A stretch of DNA of 5,420 nucleotides, from contig RHPI01002495.1 in the NCBI GenBank assembly GCA_009103225.1, positions 1-5,420 of the forward strand. Direction: 5' to 3'. The DNA comes from Chlorokybus atmophyticus (Eukaryota; Plantae; Mesostigma and Chlorokybus algae). Below the pieces are notes generated by a model. The model ran no database searches, was not told the origin of the DNA, and saw only the letters and a list, made by a program, of their open reading frames with translations. Made by a program: the position numbers and the translations under genes. Below are positions 1-5,412 of this stretch, one piece after another (the first letter of the stretch is position 1; each line of letters opens with the position of its first letter).

Positions 1-2
1 AG

Positions 3-188
3 ACTGCAGATGTCTCAACAAGTCCATCATTGCGTAAATCCTCCGCACAGCAACGCGGCAAAGGACCTGCGGTGGATCCCAAAGAAGAATTCCGTACAGC
101 TCTTCAAGAATTGCGGAGGTTTAAAGTGAAACGCTACAGTTTCACGGGCACCACACAGCCATCCAACCTATCGGACGATATCTTGAGG
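3..188 (+). CDS. Possible coding exon of unknown product, truncated by the window edge
   Basis: The frame is open from base 3 (TADVSTSPSLRKSSAQQRGKGPAVDPKEEFRTALQELRRFKVKRYSFTGTTQPSNLSDDILR) to a consensus-like donor AGG|GTAAGC at 189-194. No recognisable motif. Confidence 0.3.
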
Positions 189-387
189 GTAAGCATAGGT
201 CATCCCATAATTATCCAGGTCCAGTGGTTCGATAATCACCAAGTCGTAGCTGGTCGCCATGCTTCCTTAGCTAGCCTGCAATGAAGACGGCGCCTCCCCA
301 AGCTATACCAACTTGTGTGTGCTATGCTAGCGCTCGTGAGGACCCATAACTTATTAAGAGATTGTACAGTAGCAATGATGCACACGC

Positions 388-428
388 ACAAGTGTGGCGC
401 CAGTAAGTGAAGAGCGATCTTACTGTAC
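388..428 (+). mobile_element. Eroded hAT right end (R0)
   Basis: ACAAGTG (388-394), CGCCA (398-402) and GCGA-TCT-TACTGTAC (414-428) are colinear with the right end ACAAGTG..CGCCA..GCGA-CC-CACTGTAT. Segment 421-444 matches junction 704-727 at 18/24 without gaps. Confidence 0.55.
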
Positions 429-436
429 TACACAAC

Positions 437-711
437 AGACAGTGTCTTATATAGTACACTAGTGAGTGCTAGTCAACACTAGTCAACACTAGTCAAAGTC
501 AAAGTCAATGGTTAAAGTCAAAGTCAAAGTTGACGTTGACCAAGCTTGACTATAACTCCCGTAACTCCCGTAACGGCCGTTGACCATAACTTCCATAACT
601 CCCGAAGATAAGTTGATCGTAGAAGTTTAGCTAAGGCGCCACCTACATAGGTACCTTTAACAAAGTGCAACAAGCACGCCAACTATAGAGACAATGCGCG
701 ACCCACTGTAT
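437..711 (+). mobile_element. Unit A: 275-bp non-autonomous (MITE-like) hAT derivative, left end fused directly to right end
   Basis: Starts AGACAGTGTCTTATATA; the 14 bp at 440-453 are identical to 723-736. It has a subterminal repeat array, then 663-711 matches the right end of the transposase-bearing unit (5364-5412), ending CACTGTAT. Confidence 0.78.
471..603 (+). repeat. Left subterminal repeat array L1 (AGTCAA x7, TTGAC x4, TAACTCCC-like x4-5)
   Basis: Read directly: AGTCAA at 471, 481, 491, 497, 503, 516, 522; TTGAC at 530, 536, 546, 580; TAACTCCC at 553, 562, 596 with variants at 571 and 587. Confidence 0.95.
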
Positions 712-717
712 TAAGCA
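663..717 (+). repeat. 55-bp direct repeat (hAT right end plus spacer), copy 1; copy 2 at 5364-5418
   Basis: 53/55 identical to 5364-5418; the mismatches are 670 A vs 5371 G and 697 C vs 5398 T. Confidence 0.97.
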
Positions 718-719
718 AT
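712..719 (+). repeat. 8-bp inter-element spacer / candidate target-site duplication TAAGCAAT
   Basis: Lies between the perfect inverted 8-mers CACTGTAT (704-711) and ATACAGTG (720-727). It is 7/8 identical to TAAGCAGT at 5413-5420. hAT elements make 8-bp TSDs. Confidence 0.6.
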
Positions 720-753
720 ATACAGTGTCTTATATATTATGCTACTAAGCACT

Positions 754-863
754 AGTCAACTCTAGTCAACTCTGGTCAAAGTCAACACTAGTCAATGGTC
801 AAAGTCAACGATCAAAGTCAAAGTTGACCATCGTTGACTATAACTCCCATAACTCCCGTAACT
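754..863 (+). repeat. Left subterminal repeat array L2 (RGTCAA x8, TTGACY x2, TAACTCCC x2)
   Basis: RGTCAA at 754, 764, 774, 780, 790, 797, 803, 816; TTGACC at 824; TTGACT at 834; TAACTCCC at 841 and 850. Same motif order as L1. Confidence 0.95.
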
Positions 864-1136
864 ATAAACATTAAGCTAATCATACCAACTACATGTAGGC
901 GCCGCCTATACATGTACTTTCATCAAGCTATAACATTTAAGAGCGGCGGCGGTGACGAGGTTACGAGTGAGAAGTGAGCTGGTTGCGTGGTTGTGGGAGT
1001 GTCAAAGAAATTTTGCATTTAATGCACACAACACACATACATACACATTGAGTGCGGATGATGGCTTGCGTGACTACACAATGCAGACAGGGACGCCTCT
1101 AGCCACGACAGCAGTGTTGGTCATGGCGGCATTGTG

Positions 1137-1197
1137 GGCGGCAACGGCTTTTTTCTATAGGTACTGTCCTGCACCTCCTCCCCTCATTGCCCACCCT
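1137..1197 (+). pseudogene. Possible remnant of the N-terminal BED zinc finger of the hAT transposase
   Basis: Removing one T from the T6 run gives GGNGFF(Y)RYCPAPPPLIAH, resembling the BED pattern F-C-K-Y-C...L-x-x-H. It is roughly 30/45 colinear with 2933-2975, just upstream of the unit C transposase remnant. Confidence 0.35.
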
Positions 1198-1298
1198 GTT
1201 TTAGCCAACACTACCGCATTGGCACTGTCTACAACTTTGCACAGCACTCTTGACTTGTTCTTCCAAGCTCTCTTCTCTGCCCCTGCCTTTGTGCACAG

Positions 1299-1800
1299 GT
1301 AAGTGGTGGTGCTGGAGTAGCACATGAGCATTGACACGCACGAAATCTATATTGTAATGTACAAACACAGTGTTTATCTCTGACACACATGCACAGAGTC
1401 AGTCCCACACACGCACACACGCGCACAGCAATACCAGCACCAGCACCAACACCAGTCACAACAACAGCAACAACACACGCACACGCACACGCACACGCAC
1501 ACTCGCACTCGCACTGGCATTCCACCAATCCCGTTCTGTTCCATGCACACACACCACTACCACCACAACAACACACGCACACTCGCATTCAGCCAGTCAA
1601 GCTCTTTTCTACGCAGACACATACACACACACGCGCACACACAACAGTTCATAACAAATAGTTGTTGTGAGCAATAATTACACACGCACGCACGCACACA
1701 CACACGCACACGCACACACAAACACTCCACCGCACACTCTGTCCGTCATGTAGTTGATTGCTCTTCTCTCGTTGTATGCTAACTGTGTCTTATTGAGCAG
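1299..1800 (+). other. Putative spliceosomal intron containing CA-rich microsatellites
   Basis: Consensus donor CAG|GTAAGT at 1299-1304, branch-like GCTAAC at 1778-1783 and acceptor CAG at 1798-1800. No transcript evidence. Confidence 0.4.
1383..1735 (+). repeat. Compound CA-rich microsatellite / low-complexity tract: (CA)n, (CACGCA)n, (CAA)n, (CAC)n
   Basis: Read directly, e.g. (CACGCA)4 at 1476-1499 and CACG/CA runs at ~1615-1640 and 1681-1720. Confidence 0.95.
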
Positions 1801-1859
1801 GCGTGCATATGGAGGTTGAAGTGAAGATGGGGTGTTCATCAGGCGTGCATACAGAGGTT
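1798..1859 (+). repeat. 20-bp direct repeat with 42-bp period
   Basis: CAGGCGTGCATATGGAGGTT (1798-1817) vs CAGGCGTGCATACAGAGGTT (1840-1859), 18/20 identical. Confidence 0.9.
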
Positions 1860-2323
1860 AGAATTGAAGCTGGCCGGCCGCACCGATTATGCTATGGTCG
1901 CCGGTCGCCTGCTCCAATAGGTAGACATCAATTCCATCGCAGCCAACCACTTATCGTGCTGGCTTCCTATACCGTGTAGGTGCATACATGCGTGGTGTAT
2001 CATGCATTTTGGCATCCCGTCACATGCACACGGATGCGTACCTATAGGAGCGCATACAAGCTGGCGGTTTAACACATATTAATGCACCATTGTGCACACA
2101 TACCAGCGCACCCATACATGTTTGCAAGCACATTACAACTACACGCATACATATCTAAGCATCAAGTTCAGTGCGGTTGTACTCACATGCGCACTGCCAC
2201 ATGTGCCCTTGCGTGCCTTGCTTATGCGCCCTTGCCATCATCCAAGAACATGCAAGAGTGCGCGCTAGCTAGGATGTGGCAGTAGTAGATGCTTGCGCGC
2301 AGCCTTTGTTGGCCTCTAATAAG

Positions 2324-2400
2324 CCCCCTTCCCCTCTCCCTCCCTCCCTCGCTCTCTCCCCCTCTCTCTCTGCCTCTCTCTCTCTCTCTCTCTCTCCCTC
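2324..2400 (+). repeat. 77-nt polypyrimidine tract including (CT)11
   Basis: All C/T except G at 2351 and 2372; (CT)11 at 2374-2395. Confidence 0.97.
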
Positions 2401-2726
2401 GCACGTGCATGCGCACACGCTCACACGCTTGCGCGCAGGTTTTCCTAATCGTGCAATTTAGTGGTTTTTGATGTCGGGGGCAACCGAAGAGTATAAAACA
2501 AAGGTGATGTTGCGTGTGCGATGTACTCTTGCGCGCTAGTGCTTTCTCTTGTGCTCTTTGCATGTTGTGCATATCAAGAACTAGTGTGCATATATGCGCC
2601 CTACCTCATACATGTGCTCACACTAGGGGAACAACAAGTGCAATAGCATGTCAACAACAAAGAGAAGTATGTTCCTATTGCAGTTCCACCTGTATGCGCC
2701 TCACAAAGTAACTTATATACCAAGCT

Positions 2727-2894
2727 AGTCAACACTAAAAAAGACTAGTCAACCCTAGTAAAAGTCAACTCTAGTCAACACTAGTCAACAATTAAAGTCA
2801 ACCCTAGTCAACCCTAGTTAATGGTCAAAGTCAAAGTTAACCGTAACTTTCGTAACTTCGTAAGTCTTGTTGATTGTAACTCCCATTGCGTAAC
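2727..2894 (+). repeat. Left subterminal repeat array L3 (RGTCAA x9 plus variants, GTAACT-type repeats)
   Basis: RGTCAA at 2727, 2747, 2763, 2773, 2783, 2796, 2806, 2823, 2829; GTAACTT/GTAACTCCC repeats at 2843-2884. Confidence 0.95.
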
Positions 2895-3574
2895 CGCCGC
2901 ACATGGTCCAAGTAACATTAACAAGCTGACTGTTCTATAAGCATACTATACCAGCAAACCTCATATGCTTAACCTTCAACAGGGGAGATTGGCGTGGGAG
3001 TGGCATCTTGTCAAGTTGTACCTGATGATGTGCGTGATCACTTTCGCCAGCTTGAACAAGCTTGAACAAGCTGCCATCATCACCAAGACCACCAAGTGCT
3101 CCAATACCGATGCTTTGAGCTAGCAAACTAGCATTGACTTAACGACTATAGGCATCACAATTGCATCACCTGCTGTTAACACCATGGATGCATTGATGAA
3201 GCTGTATGACGCACGTTCTATGGGCATGGCTTGCCATTGACGTTGGTTTGTAGTCCTCTGTTTAAGGCTGCTATCAAGGCCATAAGCAAGTAAAGTCTTT
3301 CATATATAGCACCTTCGTACAATAATGTGTGCACCGGCTTGCTAGACAAGGTCAAGGTAGGTGTGGATAGTAGGTTGGAAGAATATCGTAATACTGTCTT
3401 GAAGACAGGCTGCATAATATGCAGCCATGGTTGAACGGATGTACATAGCCGGCCTTTGTTGAATTTGCTGCAAGTTTCCCCTGATGGCGCTATCTTCTTG
3501 AAGCCATCATCATTGAGGGCATGACCAAATTTGCATCGTACATAGCAAGGCAGATCTTGGCCGCAATTGAAGAG

Positions 3575-3675
3575 GTGAGTGCAAGCAGTCTGTACGTGTG
3601 TACTGCCATGTTGTGTGCTTGTAGAGTGTGTTGTCCATGCTATGTCTGCTGGCTCATTTGCTTGTTGTAGAGCAG
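3575..3675 (+). other. Predicted intron 1 of the transposase (phase 0)
   Basis: GAG|GTGAGT ... GAGCAG|GTT. Removal joins AIEE to V.S..VVHVV, matching the conserved IEEVGxxNVVQVV motif, with a nearby 1-bp frameshift. Confidence 0.75.
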
Positions 3676-3909
3676 GTTGAATCAAAAAAGTAGTGCATGT
3701 GGTGATTAATAGTGCCAAAGCTTGCAAAGCCGCTGGCGCCATCATCAATAACACATACCCGCACAATAGCTGGAGCCCTTGCGCAGCTCATGTGCTTGAT
3801 CCATTGCTTGAGGACATTGATGAGCTACCATTCTTTGCTACCAATATCAAGAAAGGCAAGCATATGGTGACCTTTATTGCAAACCACCATAAGAGCTTAG
3901 CCATTTGAG

Positions 3910-4012
3910 GTATGATGTGCATTTGTTCTTATGCAATGCTGCATGCATGCATACTTGTGTGTAGCTTATTGCATGTTGCTCACTAATATTATGTGCTGAC
4001 AATGAGTTAAAG
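3910..4012 (+). other. Predicted intron 2 of the transposase (acceptor uncertain: 4006 or 4012)
   Basis: Donor G|GTATGA at 3910 follows NHHKSLAI. The interior is TGCA/CATG-rich and non-coding, with branch-like GCTGAC at 3995-4000. Coding similarity resumes at LLKPSKTRF (4025). Confidence 0.65.
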
Positions 4013-4289
4013 ACTTTTAAAACTCTGCTCAAGCCAAGTAAGACCAGGTTCGCATCAGCATTATGCTGCAAAGACTACTGGAGGTTAAAGGAGAGCTTGC
4101 CAAGACGGTTGTGGATGATCCTTGGACTGCTTGGGCAGCCCAATCAGGCGTACATCAACGCGGGGCAGAGCGGGCAATTGAAATCGTGTTGTCTTCACAC
4201 TTTTAAAAGGCAGGTTGGGCAGATAATTGTTGCACTCGAGCACCTCATCCAAATTATGCAGCTAGTTGATGGCAATCATCCAACCATGG

Positions 4290-4368
4290 GTATGCTATAT
4301 TCAACTTATAATGAGCTCTGTATCACTTATGTTGACAGCACTATTGACACTCGCGTGTCTCTCTGTAA
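4290..4368 (+). other. Predicted intron 3 of the transposase (phase 1; acceptor apparently mutated AG>AA)
   Basis: ATG G|GTATGC ... CTCTGTAA|GC CAG CTG TAT. Removal restores PTMG-QLYQRM, matching the hAT pattern PTMGxLYxxM. Confidence 0.6.
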
Positions 4369-5296
4369 GCCAGCTGTATCAGCGGATGTTGGCTGCGCGT
4401 GAAACGCTGAAAGCGTCAGTCTTGCCAACCGCGCTGCTGCATACTATCTCCGATTGCTTGAAAGTGCGCTTCAAGATAATGAAGACTAATTTGCTGTGTG
4501 CGGGCTTCATGCTCGACCCCGAGTTCGCCTCATGAACCAGCACGAGCAAAAGGACGTCATGCATGGGTTTTGCAACATTGTTGAGCGAATGTTTCCCAAC
4601 ACAGATGAAGTGCAGCTGAATCTGCAGTTGACGCAATACCGCAGTAGACATGGCCTGTTGTGGCTAAGGGTTCCGCAATGTCTATGCTGGCACATCAGTG
4701 GTGGCTTCAATTTGACGGTAGCGTGCCTCAGTTGCAGCGCATAGCAGTGCGTGTGCTTGCTTAGGTCACTGTGGCATCATCATGCGAGCGCAACTGCAAT
4801 ACGCATCACTTTATCCATAGCAAGAACCGTAACAAGCTGCGAGCATTGAGAGCGCATGACCTTTTGTGGGTGTTCAACATCCTTTTCCTTCAGACCATCT
4901 TTGATGTTGCATATGAGGAGCAGTTTGCAGCTTGGGATCCTGTGTTATTGGATGATAAGAGTAGTGACGATGATGCTTGATTTAATGATGATGTGGTTGA
5001 AGTGTTAGCATTTGACACTAAGCAACGATGACTATGTGCTAGCATTAGCCCAGTGGGCTTTGAGTATAGAGATGTGTAGCAATTGCTGTGCTTGCTTGTT
5101 TTGTTTGTATAAGCAGCTGAGGAGATGTCAGTCATGTGCTGCAACATGTTGTGACATGCATGTATTGGCCATATTGGTAAAAAGCATGTGAAGTATAATA
5201 CCCGTATCACTTGCCCGCCGTGTTCAATACCGTGTGTATATATTGCGCTACCATGCGTGTTGCCGCATTTTCAATCAGACTTGGTTACAGCTGTTG

Positions 5297-5412
5297 AGAA
5301 CTAGTGATGTGCATAGTGTGTGTGTATTTGCCTCGTACATACAAGTGTGCACACACTAAGGACAAGTGCAGCAAGCACGCCAACTATAGAGACAATGTGC
5401 GACCCACTGTAT
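5297..5412 (+). mobile_element. hAT right end of unit C (R2)
   Basis: Homologous to 2577-2695 and 663-711. The terminal CACTGTAT is the perfect reverse complement of ATACAGTG (720-727). Confidence 0.8.

Larger units (their letters stand above)
720..2695 (+). mobile_element. Unit B: ~2-kb non-autonomous hAT derivative with non-transposase internal filler
   Basis: Left end ATACAGTGTCTTATATA plus repeat array (720-~927). The right-end homologue at 2577-2695 shares AGAACTAGTG, TGCATA, CCTC(A/G)TACAT, GTGC(T/A)CACACTA(G/A)GG, ACAAGTGCA and CAC(C)TGTAT, in order, with 5297-5412. Confidence 0.68.
2982..4980 (+). pseudogene. hAT-family transposase pseudogene (BED remnant, DUF659/RNase H-like DDE core, hAT C-terminal dimerisation domain)
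   Basis: Hand translation across frameshifts gives, in order: GEIGVGVASCQVVPDDVRDHF (2982-3044); DEAV*RTFYGHGLPLTLVCSPLFKAAIKAI..PSYNNVCTGLL..TGCIICSHG*TDVHSRPLLNLLQVSPDGAIFL/EAIIIEGMTKFASYIARQILAAIEE (3195-3574); VVHVVINSAKACKAAG..YPHNSWSPCAAHVLDPLLEDI (3690-3821); LLKPSKTRFAS/MLQRLLEVK (4025-4089); LEHLIQIMQLVDGNHPTMG; LLCAGFMLDPEF; HQWWLQFDGSVPQLQRIAVRVLA*VTVASSCERN..IHSKNRNKL (4693-4840). These follow the order of known DUF659-type hAT motifs. There are at least 7 stops and about 9 frameshifts. Confidence 0.95.
2701..5412 (+). mobile_element. Unit C: defective hAT (DUF659/Tag1-like) DNA transposon carrying the transposase pseudogene
   Basis: Eroded left terminus TCACAAAGTAACTTATATA (compare ATACAGTGTCTTATATA), then array L3, then the transposase remnant, then a right end finishing CACTGTAT at 5412. 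Confidence 0.8.

Noticed and set aside
230-282. About 65% similarity to 1884-1932 (GGTCGCC-TGCT..TAG.TAG)
   Set aside because: Short and gapped, and not distinguishable from chance by eye. It needs a scored alignment with shuffling.
471-603. CRISPR-like or telomere-like interpretation of the short repeat arrays
   Set aside because: Units are 6-10 bp with no unique spacers and do not match a telomere motif. Their position next to a TIR fits hAT subterminal repeats.
952-1302. 116-aa ORF with a hydrophobic, signal/TM-like stretch
   Set aside because: It starts at GTG, has no recognisable family, lies inside unit B and overlaps the likelier BED remnant. It is not supportable as a gene.
1229-1661. 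Overlapping ORFs of 90-119 aa on both strands (His/Thr-rich, Cys/Val-rich)
   Set aside because: They are translations of CA-rich microsatellite, which lacks stop codons in several frames.
3-1920. Spliced gene model joining 3-188, 1205-1298 and 1801-1920 in frame
   Set aside because: The phases are compatible, but several alternative acceptors exist, the product resembles nothing recognisable, and the model crosses transposon boundaries.
2496-2502. TATAAAA as a transposase promoter
   Set aside because: It lies in or next to the right-end region of unit B, and a single TATA-like heptamer is expected by chance.
2222-2572. ORFs with RE/SL dipeptide runs
   Set aside because: Products of the (CT)n tract.
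3218-3766. 182-aa minus-strand ORF, plus other antisense ORFs at 2935-3126, 3874-4071, 4379-4651, 4507-4710 and 4890-5210
   Set aside because: They lie antisense to the transposase remnant or its 3' flank, show no motifs, and are best explained as shadow ORFs.
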